NCBI GenBank assembly: GCA_002435305.1
Contig: DJMH01000036.1
Coordinates: forward strand, 86,750 to 143,545
Direction of reading: 5' to 3'
Source: Dehalococcoidia bacterium UBA6495
GTDB taxonomy: Bacteria > Chloroflexota > Dehalococcoidia > Lucifugimonadales > UBA826
Length of the DNA: 56,796 nucleotides
A program made the translations under genes and the position numbers. Shown here piece by piece: positions 20,587-29,724 of this stretch; the first letter of the stretch is position 1, and each line of letters opens with the position of its first letter. The notes beneath the pieces were generated by a model. That model was not told the origin of the DNA. It worked only from the letters and a program-made list of their open reading frames with translations, and did not search any database.

Positions 20587-21147
20587 TTAATCTAATGGGT
20601 CCTGTGAAAGTGCGTCGCTCTTTGCAAGTGCGGTCCGCTGTGCGTATTCCCGCCTTCGAGAAATCTCAACTTCTGGGTCCCTAAGCATTTGGAGTCCTTT
20701 GAGGGTTGCTTTAACAACATTGGTAGGATTGGTGCTTCGCCTCACTTTAGTAACAATATCCTTCACACCCACCAATTCAACAACGGCCCTGACTGATTCT
20801 CCTGCGATCACCCCTGTTCCAGGAGGGGCTGGCTTCAGCATTACCATACTACCGCCAAATTTAGCTGAAACGTCATGAGCAATGGTATCTCCCTTCAATG
20901 GAATATCCACCATATTTTTTTGTGCATATGCAGAACCTTTGGTGATGGCATCTGGCACAGCAGAAGCTTTTCCCATACCTATTCCAACTCGTCCTTCTCC
21001 ATCACCAACCACTACGAGGGCACTGAAACTAAGATGTCGTCCACCTTTCACCACCTTCGAGACTCTATTAATGCGAACGGTGCGTTCTGTTATCGGAGAC
21101 TCTTCTTCCCGATCTTTGTTTCTTCTTCTGTCCTGTTTTTCCTGCAT
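20587..21147 (-). CDS. rpsE: 30S ribosomal protein uS5
   Basis: RINRVSKVVKGGRHLSFSALVVVGDG. Charged N-terminal extension. Confidence 0.97.
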   Translation of the reverse strand: MQEKQDRRRNKDREEESPITERTVRINRVSKVVKGGRHLSFSALVVVGDGEGRVGIGMGKASAVPDAITKGSAYAQKNMVDIPLKGDTIAHDVSAKFGGSMVMLKPAPPGTGVIAGESVRAVVELVGVKDIVTKVRRSTNPTNVVKATLKGLQMLRDPEVEISRRREYAQRTALAKSDALSQDPLD

Positions 21148-21189
21148 CTATTTAACACCTAAATCTGGGCATATTATTAATATACCCTG

Positions 21190-21555
21190 CTAAAATTTTA
21201 ACCCCGCTTCCCTAGCCCCTTCGGCAACTGCCTTGATCCTTCCGTGGTATTTATATCCGCCTCGGTCAAATACTATTTCACTTATTCCTTTTTCAGCCGC
21301 TCTCATACCAATTGACTCTCCAACCACTTTTGATATTAATATCTTTCCCGAGTCTGTATCTTTATCTTTCAATTCATTCTCTAGAGAGGAGGCAGCTGCA
21401 ATAGTGCTTCCTTCCACATCATTAATCAATTGGGCATATATATGTGAGATACTTCTATAGACTGCTAACCGCGGTCTCTCGGCGGTGCCTGAAATCTTAG
21501 ACCTGAGCCTATTATGACGAATCATCCTTCTCATTTTTCCATTTAAAGCTGACAT
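21190..21555 (-). CDS. rplR: 50S ribosomal protein uL18
   Basis: [14 protein letters not shown] and [11 protein letters not shown]. Confidence 0.97.
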   Translation of the reverse strand: MSALNGKMRRMIRHNRLRSKISGTAERPRLAVYRSISHIYAQLINDVEGSTIAAASSLENELKDKDTDSGKILISKVVGESIGMRAAEKGISEIVFDRGGYKYHGRIKAVAEGAREAGLKF

Positions 21556-21558
21556 AAT

Positions 21559-22101
21559 TTAGGCTCTCCTTGCACTCTTCCCAGGTTTCAGCTTCACCAG
21601 CTCGCCAGCGTACCTGATGCCCTTGCCCGTATATACGTTTGGTGGCCTTACTTTACGAATCTGGGACGCCAATTGACCAACAACCTGTTTATCAATACCT
21701 GACACTTTTATGTGCGTATTTCCGTCCACTTCTAATTCAGCACCCGAATCAGGTTGTATTTCCACCGAATGGCTAAACATAACATTCAAAGATATTCCTT
21801 TTCCTTTTTGTTGCACCCTGTAACCGACACCTACTAATTCCAATTCCTTAGTAAAACCCTCACTAACTCCCTTTACCATATTAGATAACAGGCTTCTGGT
21901 CAGTCCATGAAAAGCTTTATGTTTGCTTTCATCACTAGGCCTAGTGACTTTGACTATGTCTCCATCTTGGCTAATCATCATATCCTGGTGAAAATTTTGA
22001 CTTAAGCTACCCTTAGGGCCTTTTACTGTGACTTCCGTCCCATCGATAGTTACATCAACGCCCGATGGTATTTGTATTAATTGGTTTCCAATTCTCGACA
22101 T
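21559..22101 (-). CDS. rplF: 50S ribosomal protein uL6
   Basis: MSRIGNQLIQIPSGV N-terminus. ATG 22101 preferred, because the track start 22119 would overlap rpsH. Confidence 0.96.
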   Translation of the reverse strand: MSRIGNQLIQIPSGVDVTIDGTEVTVKGPKGSLSQNFHQDMMISQDGDIVKVTRPSDESKHKAFHGLTRSLLSNMVKGVSEGFTKELELVGVGYRVQQKGKGISLNVMFSHSVEIQPDSGAELEVDGNTHIKVSGIDKQVVGQLASQIRKVRPPNVYTGKGIRYAGELVKLKPGKSARRA

Positions 22102-22112
22102 AAAAATACTCC

Positions 22113-22514
22113 CTACCAAACGTAGAATAAAACCTCACCACCTACCCCGCTCCGTTTTGCCTCTATCCCTGTCATAACACCTTTATTTGTTGAGACCACA
22201 GCAATTCCTCTATTACCATATACAATCGGTAATTCATTATTTTTGGAGTATATGCGAAGACCTGGCTTGCTAATTCTCTTTAATCCAGTTATTGCAGGTT
22301 CTCCTTTTTGCCAATAATGGAGGTTCAATTGTATATTCGCATCGATTTGACCCTCGTTTTGTATCTCATACCCTTCCAAAAACCCTTCCTTTTCCAATAT
22401 CTGAGCTATCTCTACCTTTAAGTTAGAGACTGGTACATCGACTGATTGATGGCCAATCATCACTGCGTTTCGAATTCTTGTGAGCATATCGGCGATCGGA
22501 TCTGTTAATGACAT
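22113..22514 (-). CDS. rpsH: 30S ribosomal protein uS8
   Basis: DPIADMLTRIRNA and C-terminal GGEVLFYVW. Confidence 0.97.
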   Translation of the reverse strand: MSLTDPIADMLTRIRNAVMIGHQSVDVPVSNLKVEIAQILEKEGFLEGYEIQNEGQIDANIQLNLHYWQKGEPAITGLKRISKPGLRIYSKNNELPIVYGNRGIAVVSTNKGVMTGIEAKRSGVGGEVLFYVW

Positions 22515-22524
22515 ATTCTTTTAC

Positions 22525-22830
22525 CTACCAACTTGCTTTTTTTACACCAGGTAGTTCACCTGCATGTGCCATCTCACGAAAAGCTATACGAGACAACCCA
22601 AAATATCTGATATAACCATGAGGCCTGCCAGTTATCTGGCACCGATTTCTTATTCTTACGGGGTTAGCATTCCTTGGCAATTTTGACATCTCTGTCCTAG
22701 CCTCCGCACGCGCCTGCAAAGATGAATTGGCATCCTTTATAACGTCCTGAAGTCGTTGCCTTCTCTCAGCATACTTTTCCACCAGTCTTCGTCTCTTCTC
22801 ATTTCTTGCAACAGATGATTTTTTTGCCAC
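22525..22830 (-). CDS. rpsN: 30S ribosomal protein uS14 (long, zinc-independent form)
   Basis: 101 aa ending [11 protein letters not shown]. No paired CxxC motifs. Confidence 0.96.
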   Translation of the reverse strand: MAKKSSVARNEKRRRLVEKYAERRQRLQDVIKDANSSLQARAEARTEMSKLPRNANPVRIRNRCQITGRPHGYIRYFGLSRIAFREMAHAGELPGVKKASW

Positions 22831-22875
22831 TTTTATATCCTTAGAAAATTATTAATCCTAATTTTATTCAATTGA

Positions 22876-23463
22876 TTAGTTTCTTATAAAAGGCATACCG
22901 GCCAATTCTAGGAACCTCATACCCTCTTGATCATTTACGGCAGATGTAACTATCACGATTTGCATACCACGTATCCTATCAATCGAGTTGTAATCAATTT
23001 CCGGAAATATGGTGTGTTCCCTTATTCCAATTGAGTAGTTTCCCCTACCGTCGAAAGAGTTCCTTGAAAGACCTTGGAAGTCCCTAATTCTTGGCAATGA
23101 TGCATTCAAAAGCCTGTCAGTAAATTCATACATTCTTCGGCCTCTTATAGTCACCATGGCACCTATGGGCATTCCTTCTCTTATCTTGAATCCTGCTATC
23201 GATTTCTTAGCCTTCGTGGTCACAGGCCTTTGGCCTGTGATACGGCTCAGATCAGCCGTCACACTTTCAATGGCTTTAGCATTTTGCAAAGCTTCTCCTA
23301 ACCCAATATTGATAACCACCTTGTTCAAACGAGGTATCTGCATCACGCTGCTATAGCCAAATTCCTTCATCATCTCTGGACCTATCTCATCTCTTACCTT
23401 TTGCAGAAGACGAGGTGCGCTACCACTCGAGGTGGCAGATTGATTGGTATTATCATCTGGCAT
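22876..23463 (-). CDS. rplE: 50S ribosomal protein uL5
   Basis: 195 aa in the slot after rplX. The start ATG overlaps the rplX TAA by 1 nt. Short polar N-terminal extension. Confidence 0.96.
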   Translation of the reverse strand: MPDDNTNQSATSSGSAPRLLQKVRDEIGPEMMKEFGYSSVMQIPRLNKVVINIGLGEALQNAKAIESVTADLSRITGQRPVTTKAKKSIAGFKIREGMPIGAMVTIRGRRMYEFTDRLLNASLPRIRDFQGLSRNSFDGRGNYSIGIREHTIFPEIDYNSIDRIRGMQIVIVTSAVNDQEGMRFLELAGMPFIRN

Positions 23464-23771
23464 TATTCAATAACCTCTTCGCAATTTTTGCAGATTCTTC
23501 CCTTCGAACCGTCTCCCATTATTCTGTTTGATACTTTTGCCGGCTTTTGGCAGTGGGTACAAACAAGCATCACGTTAGCAACCGCTACCGGGAGTTCTTT
23601 CTCCACAATTTCAGCACCACTCATGCCTTGAGCTTTCCTGTGTCGTTTAACCAAGTTGATGCCCTCAACTAAAACTTTTCCTCTACCTGGAAATACACTC
23701 TGGACCGGTCCTTGCCTGCCCTTATCTTTTCCCTTAATCACCAACACATTATCGTTTTTCCTTATCTTCAT
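23463..23771 (-). CDS. rplX: 50S ribosomal protein uL24
   Basis: KOW motif [14 protein letters not shown]-terminal CTHC...CKNC pairs. Confidence 0.96.
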   Translation of the reverse strand: MKIRKNDNVLVIKGKDKGRQGPVQSVFPGRGKVLVEGINLVKRHRKAQGMSGAEIVEKELPVAVANVMLVCTHCQKPAKVSNRIMGDGSKGRICKNCEEVIE

Positions 23772-23774
23772 TTC

Positions 23775-24143
23775 TTATATGACCTCCGGGGCAAGAGACA
23801 CAATTCTCATGAAATCTTTATCCCTTAATTCTCGAGCTACAGGCCCAAAAATACGAGTTCCTCGAGGCATTTTGTCTTCATTGATGATCACGGCTGCGTT
23901 CTCATCAAATTTAATATGTGATCCGTCTTTTCTTCGATGAGATTTTGCGGTTCTCACAATCACGGCCTTAACTACCTCACCCTTTTTCACTCCAGCTGCA
24001 GGAGCAGCATCTTTTACTGAGGCAACTATTACATCACCCAGCCAAGCATATTTTTTTCCAGACCCACCTGGCACTCCTATACAACTTATGAGCCTTGCAC
24101 CAGAATTGTCTGCGACCTTTAATCTCGTATATATTTGTATCAT
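23775..24143 (-). CDS. rplN: 50S ribosomal protein uL14
   Basis: [17 protein letters not shown]-terminus. Confidence 0.97.
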   Translation of the reverse strand: MIQIYTRLKVADNSGARLISCIGVPGGSGKKYAWLGDVIVASVKDAAPAAGVKKGEVVKAVIVRTAKSHRRKDGSHIKFDENAAVIINEDKMPRGTRIFGPVARELRDKDFMRIVSLAPEVI

Positions 24144-24160
24144 CGTTGTCGCCTCAACAT

Positions 24161-24484
24161 TTACTCGCTATCTTTACCATCGTCTTTTTTCATTGCAGGC
24201 ACAGTTATCTCTCCCGGTTGAACCTCTGCCACATCACCCTTTTGTATTATTTCGGTAACTTTCCACCTTTTGGTTTTAGACAAAGGCCTAGTTTCTACAA
24301 TCCGAACCGTATCTCCAAGATTGCAAGAGTTTCCCTCGTCGTGAACCATAAATTTATTCCAGCGTTTGACATTTTTCTTATATATTCTGTGGGGCTGACT
24401 CCATTCAACCGAAACGACGACCGTTTTATCCATCTTCTGACTGACTACTCGTCCCACCCTTATTTTTCTACGATCGTGACTCAT
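24161..24484 (-). CDS. rpsQ: 30S ribosomal protein uS17
   Basis: [17 protein letters not shown]. About 20 aa of charged C-terminal tail. Confidence 0.96.
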   Translation of the reverse strand: MSHDRRKIRVGRVVSQKMDKTVVVSVEWSQPHRIYKKNVKRWNKFMVHDEGNSCNLGDTVRIVETRPLSKTKRWKVTEIIQKGDVAEVQPGEITVPAMKKDDGKDSE

Positions 24485-24687
24485 GAGGAACTCTCTGATA
24501 TCTCTCTTTCTCTTATAACTGTCATTATTCTTGCTATCTTCCTTTGAGTTTTTTTTACTGCGTTGGTGTCGGTAAGTTGCATTGTTGCAGTTCTAAATCT
24601 CAAATTCATAACATCTTTCTGGATAGAGTCAAGATTCTCTATTAAATCTTGATCATTCATATTTCTAATGTCGTCAATCTCCGCCAT
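24481..24687 (-). CDS. rpmC: 50S ribosomal protein uL29
   Basis: 68 aa helical protein in the rplP-rpmC-rpsQ slot. 4-nt overlap with rpsQ. Confidence 0.94.
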   Translation of the reverse strand: MAEIDDIRNMNDQDLIENLDSIQKDVMNLRFRTATMQLTDTNAVKKTQRKIARIMTVIREREISESSS

Positions 24688-24738
24688 AATTAGCTCGCTG
24701 TTGTATTTTGAGGTTTTATCCTTGGTTTGTTAATTATT

Positions 24739-25164
24739 CTATTCTTTAGACCTTACATTAGTCCTAGAAACAATTCGGGTTCCCATAGGCATTTTTGATG
24801 CTGCCAAAGTAAGTGCATGTTTAGCAGTTTCCTCAGGTATACCGGCCATCTCAAACATTATTTTCCCTGGTTTAACAACTGCTACCCAATGATCTGGGGC
24901 TCCCTTACCTTTCCCCATTCTAGTTTCTGCTGCCCTAGCCGTCACACTTTTATCAGGAAACACTCTTACCCACATTCTTCCGCCTCTCCTGGCATACCTA
25001 GTCATAGCCCTTCTGGCAGCCTCAATTTGTCTGGAAGTTACCCAAGCGTTTTCCGTGGCCTTAAGTCCAAAATCACCAAAATTTAGAGAACTACCAGCAA
25101 CAGATAGTCCTTTCCTCCTACCCCTATGGTGGTTTCTATATTTCACTCTTTTAGGTTGAAGCAT
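24739..25164 (-). CDS. rplP: 50S ribosomal protein uL16
   Basis: [17 protein letters not shown]-terminus from ATG 25164 (track start is 25182). Overlaps the rpsC 3' end by 14 nt. Confidence 0.96.
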   Translation of the reverse strand: MLQPKRVKYRNHHRGRRKGLSVAGSSLNFGDFGLKATENAWVTSRQIEAARRAMTRYARRGGRMWVRVFPDKSVTARAAETRMGKGKGAPDHWVAVVKPGKIMFEMAGIPEETAKHALTLAASKMPMGTRIVSRTNVRSKE

Positions 25165-25987
25165 CTGTATTTGCTCCTTCATCTTCTTTGTTATCTTCGT
25201 TCACCGATTCTGTTTGATCCAACGAAGATCCTGTAGAAACAGGGTTATCCTCCTGAGCCGTAACCATCACCTGGATTGGTGCCACATCTGTTTCTTCTAT
25301 TTCGTTTGAAGCAGCAATTTGGTCTGAGCTAGATGAATTTTCCCCAATTATCGTGGGGTTTAATATTTCTCCTCTGCAAATCCATACTTTTACTCCGATG
25401 ACACCGAACTCTGTTTGAGCCTCTGCTAATCCATAATCTATGTCTGCCCTCAGGGTGTGCAATGGAACCCTTCCTTCCATCGCTTTCTCTGCTCTAGCTA
25501 TATCTGCACCAGCTAGTCTTCCCGAACATGTGATTTTTATTCCCTCAGCCCCAGCCTGCATTGTTCGCATTATCGCTTGTCGAATAGCTCTTCTAAAGGC
25601 TATTCTCCTTTCAAGTTGGTCGGCGACGTTGCGGGCGACGAGATAGGCATCTAATTCAGCTTGCCTAACCTCTACTACATTAAGTTTGGCTCTTCGGCTT
25701 CCTGTGAGGGTCTCCAAATGTTTCCTAAGCTCGTCTACCCTCTGCCCTCCCCTACCAATCACAATACCGGGTCTTGCGGTATGGATAGTAACTGCCACCT
25801 CATTGGAATCTCTTTCGATATCAACCTTTGATATTCCAGCATCTTCATACATCACATCTATTGCTCGGCGGATATCAATATCCTCTTTCACAAGGCTAGC
25901 GTAATCTTTTTGCCCAGCAAACCAAGTAGCATGCCAATCTCTAGTGATACCTACTCTAAAACCATTAGGGTGAATTTTTTGTCCCAA
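25151..25987 (-). CDS. rpsC: 30S ribosomal protein uS3 with acidic C-terminal tail
   Basis: The canonical N-terminus (M)[12 protein letters not shown] is obtained from TTG 25987, 1 nt after the rplV stop. The track start 26008 would overlap rplV. KH domain [11 protein letters not shown]. Confidence 0.95.
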   Translation of the reverse strand: MGQKIHPNGFRVGITRDWHATWFAGQKDYASLVKEDIDIRRAIDVMYEDAGISKVDIERDSNEVAVTIHTARPGIVIGRGGQRVDELRKHLETLTGSRRAKLNVVEVRQAELDAYLVARNVADQLERRIAFRRAIRQAIMRTMQAGAEGIKITCSGRLAGADIARAEKAMEGRVPLHTLRADIDYGLAEAQTEFGVIGVKVWICRGEILNPTIIGENSSSSDQIAASNEIEETDVAPIQVMVTAQEDNPVSTGSSLDQTESVNEDNKEDEGANTDAST

Positions 25988-25988
25988 A

Positions 25989-26327
25989 CTACAGTTCCTC
26001 CTCTTCAACTACAACTGTTATATGGCTACTTCTTCTGTTAATGCGCCCGACTCTTCCGCGTGCTCGAGCTCTAAATCTTTTTAGTCGGGGACCCTCATTA
26101 GCAAATATTTCGATTATTTTTAAGTCCTCACTCCTAGCCATCATTTCATTTTCTGCATTTGAAGCCGCTGATTTTACAGTTTTTGCAACTCTAGCTGCCG
26201 CTGGCGATTGCAAAAATTGCAAGGCTGTCAAGGCCTCATCGACCTTCATACCCCTAACTAGATTAGCTATAGGCTTCAGCTTTTTTACCGATATACCTGT
26301 ATTACTCGATTTTGCTCTTATACTCAC
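25989..26327 (-). CDS. rplV: 50S ribosomal protein uL22
   Basis: 112 aa in the slot between rpsS and rps[19 protein letters not shown]. Confidence 0.96.
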   Translation of the reverse strand: MSIRAKSSNTGISVKKLKPIANLVRGMKVDEALTALQFLQSPAAARVAKTVKSAASNAENEMMARSEDLKIIEIFANEGPRLKRFRARARGRVGRINRRSSHITVVVEEEEL

Positions 26328-26355
26328 TACTATTCCTCAGTAAAGGTCGATCTTT

Positions 26356-26640
26356 CTATCCGATCCTAGACGCTCTTTCCGATTTAGTTGAATGGCCTCT
26401 AAAAGTTCGAGTTGGTGAAAACTCTCCTAATTTATGACCAACCATATTTTCAGTGACAAATACCGGCACATGCCTTCTGCCATCGTGTACTGCAATGGTC
26501 AACCCCAACATATCAGGCATGATCATAGATGCCCTGGACCAAGTTTTTATCACTTCTCTACTATTTGATTTAACTGCTTGGTCAATTTTTTTGGCCAATT
26601 TTGGGTGCACGTACGGCCCTTTCTTTATTGAACGCGACAT
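26356..26640 (-). CDS. rpsS: 30S ribosomal protein uS19
   Basis: [11 protein letters not shown] and [16 protein letters not shown]. Confidence 0.97.
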   Translation of the reverse strand: MSRSIKKGPYVHPKLAKKIDQAVKSNSREVIKTWSRASMIMPDMLGLTIAVHDGRRHVPVFVTENMVGHKLGEFSPTRTFRGHSTKSERASRIG

Positions 26641-26661
26641 TTAGTTACACCTTTTAATGAT

Positions 26662-27495
26662 TTACTTGTCATATCTTCTTCTTACTATGAATTTACTAGA
26701 GGGTTTGTTCTTTTTCCTGGTCCGGTATCCAAGAGCAGGTTTACCCCATGGTGTTTTTGGCCCAGGCATACCTATCGGAGACCTACCTTCACCTCCCCCG
26801 TGTGGATGAGCGTTTGGGGCCATTGCAGACCCGCGCACCTCTGGCCTTCTACCCAAGTTTCTTTTCCTGCCAGCTTTACCAAGTTTCACATTTTTCTTAT
26901 CTAGGGCGCTCAACTGACCAACCGTCGCCATACACGTACTTAAAACATTTCTCATTTCTCCGGAGGGTAAGCGCAATAAAGTGTACTTTCCCTCGCTAGC
27001 CAATACCTGTGCATAGCTACCTGCACTTCTCACAATCTGTCCACCTTTCCCTTTGGTCAATTCGACATTATGTACCAAAGTTCCCGATGGTATTTTTTCT
27101 AATGGCAATGCATGGCCTGGACGAATATCAGAGTCCTCACCAGATCTAACTCGGTCTCCTACATGTATTTCATTTGGAGCCAGGATATATCGCCAATCAC
27201 CGTTCTCAAACTTAATAAGGGCTATTCGGCAAGAACGATTAGGATCATATTCAATGGTCTCGACCATCCCTAGCACACCATAGTTATCTCTTTTAAAATC
27301 TATCACCCTATATCGTCTCTTATGACCTCCGCCACGATGCCTCACCGTTACACGTCCAGTAGAATTTCTTCCACCTGTTTTCTTTAAAGGCCTGACTAAG
27401 TTTTTTCGCGGCTTTCTTTCAGTTATATCGTCCGTACTCTGAAGTACTAATCCTCTTTGGCCTGGGGTTATTGGTTTTCTAGTTTTTAACGGCAT
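26662..27495 (-). CDS. rplB: 50S ribosomal protein uL2
   Basis: [18 protein letters not shown] and [14 protein letters not shown] 27495 overlaps the rplW stop (TGATG). Confidence 0.97.
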   Translation of the reverse strand: MPLKTRKPITPGQRGLVLQSTDDITERKPRKNLVRPLKKTGGRNSTGRVTVRHRGGGHKRRYRVIDFKRDNYGVLGMVETIEYDPNRSCRIALIKFENGDWRYILAPNEIHVGDRVRSGEDSDIRPGHALPLEKIPSGTLVHNVELTKGKGGQIVRSAGSYAQVLASEGKYTLLRLPSGEMRNVLSTCMATVGQLSALDKKNVKLGKAGRKRNLGRRPEVRGSAMAPNAHPHGGGEGRSPIGMPGPKTPWGKPALGYRTRKKNKPSSKFIVRRRYDK

Positions 27496-27788
27496 CAAAC
27501 TCCCTCAAACAAAGTTATCGAATCCCCAGGAGCCACTGAAACAATGGCCTTCTTCCAGGAGGGTTTCGGCGAGAATCTGGGACCAAAGCGCTTCATTTTC
27601 CCTTTCACGTTCATGGTGTTGACTTTAATCACCGTGACCCCGAAAACTTCCTGGACTGCCTCTTTAACTTCCAGTTTGGTAGCAGTTTTAGCGACTTCAA
27701 ACACATAGCGACCATCTTCTTGCATCAGTGTAGATTTTTCCGTAATCAAGGGTCGTTTTAGAATTGCGTATTTATGATGTTTACTCAT
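27495..27788 (-). CDS. rplW: 50S ribosomal protein uL23
   Basis: 97 aa in the slot between rplD and rplB. Confidence 0.95.
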   Translation of the reverse strand: MSKHHKYAILKRPLITEKSTLMQEDGRYVFEVAKTATKLEVKEAVQEVFGVTVIKVNTMNVKGKMKRFGPRFSPKPSWKKAIVSVAPGDSITLFEGV

Positions 27789-27801
27789 CTCTGCTTACCT
27801 T

Positions 27802-28749
27802 TTATTCCCAGTCTGAGGGGAGTAACTTTATATTTTGCAGCTGTTCCCGAACGTCCAGATAAGACTTCTCTCCAAAACTTTGGATAGCCATAAGTTCTAC
27901 TTTGGATAGACTGATCAGATCATTGATTTCAGTGACGCCAGCTCGCAACAATATGTTTCTAGTTCTGGTCGAAAGGTTGAGCTCTTCTACAGCAGTCATG
28001 TTGATTTTTTCCACAACGACCTCGTCCACTGAATCTTCCACAATTTGAGGTTCAACATGAGCTTCTTCTTTCTCCACATCAATTTCTTCGCCTGAAGGAT
28101 CGCTTGAAGAAGTTCCCCCTCTATAGACTCCTCCCCATAACTCTTCGATTCTTTTTACTGCGTCAACCGTGATTATTAATTGCTTTTTATTAAGTAAGTC
28201 TAATGTGTTGAGTACTTGCACTGGTAAAGTTCTTACTCCCCCAACATTTCCAGCTGATTGAACCAACTTTTTATTGGGTCCGTCAGTTACTATCAAAGCT
28301 GAATTCGAGATGTTCAAAGCAGAAAGTATCGACACAATCTCTTTTGTCTTTCCTTCCTTCAATTCTAGCGAATCAAGAAGAAGCAAATCTGAATGGCGGG
28401 CCTTATCAGACAGAACTGACAACAATGCCAACCGCCTCATCTTCTTGGGAGTCCGCTTCCTGTAGCTTCGCGGGGAAGGCCCAAAGGCTCTTCCACCACC
28501 AACCCACACAGGGGACCTGATAGTACCCTGCCTGGAACTTCCTGTATGCTTTTGTGGTCGAGGTTTAGCCCCGCCGCCTGACACTTCTGATCTGGTTTTG
28601 GTTTTGGCCGTGCCTTGCCTCTTGTTAGCCAGCTGGCCAACCATTACCTGATGAACCAAGGCTGATTTAACAGGCACTCCAAAAACATCGTCGCGAACTT
28701 CCAAATCGCCAGTGTTCTCTCCCTGAATATTTTTTATTTGAAGTTTCAC
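27802..28749 (-). CDS. rplD: 50S ribosomal protein uL4 fused to a C-terminal RNA-polymerase-alpha-CTD-like domain
   Basis: 315 aa. Residues 1 to about 205 are a normal uL4 (GGGAKPRPQKHTGSSRQG, VWVGGGRAFGP). Residues about 207-315 are an acidic linker plus a helix-hairpin-helix module paralogous to the rpoA CTD. Confidence 0.93.
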   Translation of the reverse strand: MKLQIKNIQGENTGDLEVRDDVFGVPVKSALVHQVMVGQLANKRQGTAKTKTRSEVSGGGAKPRPQKHTGSSRQGTIRSPVWVGGGRAFGPSPRSYRKRTPKKMRRLALLSVLSDKARHSDLLLLDSLELKEGKTKEIVSILSALNISNSALIVTDGPNKKLVQSAGNVGGVRTLPVQVLNTLDLLNKKQLIITVDAVKRIEELWGGVYRGGTSSSDPSGEEIDVEKEEAHVEPQIVEDSVDEVVVEKINMTAVEELNLSTRTRNILLRAGVTEINDLISLSKVELMAIQSFGEKSYLDVREQLQNIKLLPSDWE

Positions 28750-28754
28750 TACTT

Positions 28755-29387
28755 TTAACTCTTTGTATTGGATTTAGATATAAGTAGTAAAGAATTACGA
28801 TGCCCAGGCACAGCACCTTTCACCAACAGAAGATTCCTCTCAGCATCCACCATTACGACATCCAAATTCTTCACAGTCACCTTGTCTCCACCCATACGAC
28901 CTGCCATTCTCATTCCTTTGATAACACGTCCCGGGGTTGTTCCAGCTCCAATTGATCCTGGAGCACGATGCCTATCAGATTGACCGTGGGTTTTGGGTCC
29001 TCCCCGAAAGTTATATCTTTTAACCCCTCCCTGGAACCCTTTTCCTTTCGAAACCCCTGTGACATTAACTTTTTCCCCGGCCTCAAACATTCCCACGTCA
29101 ATTTGGGACCCCACTTCTAAACCTTCATAATCTTCAGACTTTGTCTCTCTGAGGTGTCGGAACAGATCACTACCAGCCACCGCCAAGTGACCACTTTTTG
29201 GTTTATTTGACCTCTTAACCCTTTCAAATCCCAATTGAACGCTTTGATATCCATCTTTTTTCAAAGATTTGATCTGTGTGATAGTGCAAGGACCAGCTTC
29301 AATAGCAGTAACAGCGTGAGCAGTACCGTCCTCATAAAAGTACTGGGTCCCCCCAATGACTTTTCCTATTATCCCTACAATTGACAT
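28755..29387 (-). CDS. rplC: 50S ribosomal protein uL3
   Basis: GIIGKVIGGTQ and FRGGPKTHGQSDRHRAPGSIG. ATG 29387 preferred, because the track start 29423 would overlap rpsJ. Confidence 0.96.
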   Translation of the reverse strand: MSIVGIIGKVIGGTQYFYEDGTAHAVTAIEAGPCTITQIKSLKKDGYQSVQLGFERVKRSNKPKSGHLAVAGSDLFRHLRETKSEDYEGLEVGSQIDVGMFEAGEKVNVTGVSKGKGFQGGVKRYNFRGGPKTHGQSDRHRAPGSIGAGTTPGRVIKGMRMAGRMGGDKVTVKNLDVVMVDAERNLLLVKGAVPGHRNSLLLISKSNTKS

Positions 29388-29397
29388 CTTTCTGTAC

Positions 29398-29712
29398 CTA
29401 CAACTTGATTGATATGTCCACACCCGCAGGCATGTCCAGATTGGTCAATGCATCTATCGTTTTAGATGTGGGGTTATGTATATCGATAAGTCGATTATGA
29501 GTTCGCATCTCGAAATGCTCCCGTGAATCCTTATCAATGTGGGGCGCCCTTAACACACAAAACCGTTTGATAGCAGTGGGTAGTGGCACCGGGCCGGCAA
29601 CCCTAGCTCCAGTCCTTTCAGCAGTTTCAACTATTTGGCCTGCGGACTGATCCAAAATTCTGTGATCAAATGCTTTTAATATAACTCTGATTTTTTGGGA
29701 GTTCTGTACCAT
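29398..29712 (-). CDS. rpsJ: 30S ribosomal protein uS10
   Basis: [15 protein letters not shown]. Begins 12 nt after the fusA stop. Confidence 0.97.
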   Translation of the reverse strand: MVQNSQKIRVILKAFDHRILDQSAGQIVETAERTGARVAGPVPLPTAIKRFCVLRAPHIDKDSREHFEMRTHNRLIDIHNPTSKTIDALTNLDMPAGVDISIKL

Positions 29713-29724
29713 TTCTTAAATGTC

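Noticed and set aside
25988-26008. The track start of rpsC at 26008 (MKRRNCSL...), which overlaps rplV by 20 nt.
   Set aside because: The canonical uS3 N-terminus GQKIHPNGF follows a TTG at 25987, immediately after the rplV stop. The seven extra residues have no counterpart in uS3.
28437-28640. A 67-aa minus-strand ORF in an alternate frame inside rplD, and similar same-strand alternate-frame ORFs (9066-9254, 28910-29101, 40059-40241).
   Set aside because: They are embedded within confidently identified genes, have no start context or motifs, and are a by-product of codon composition.
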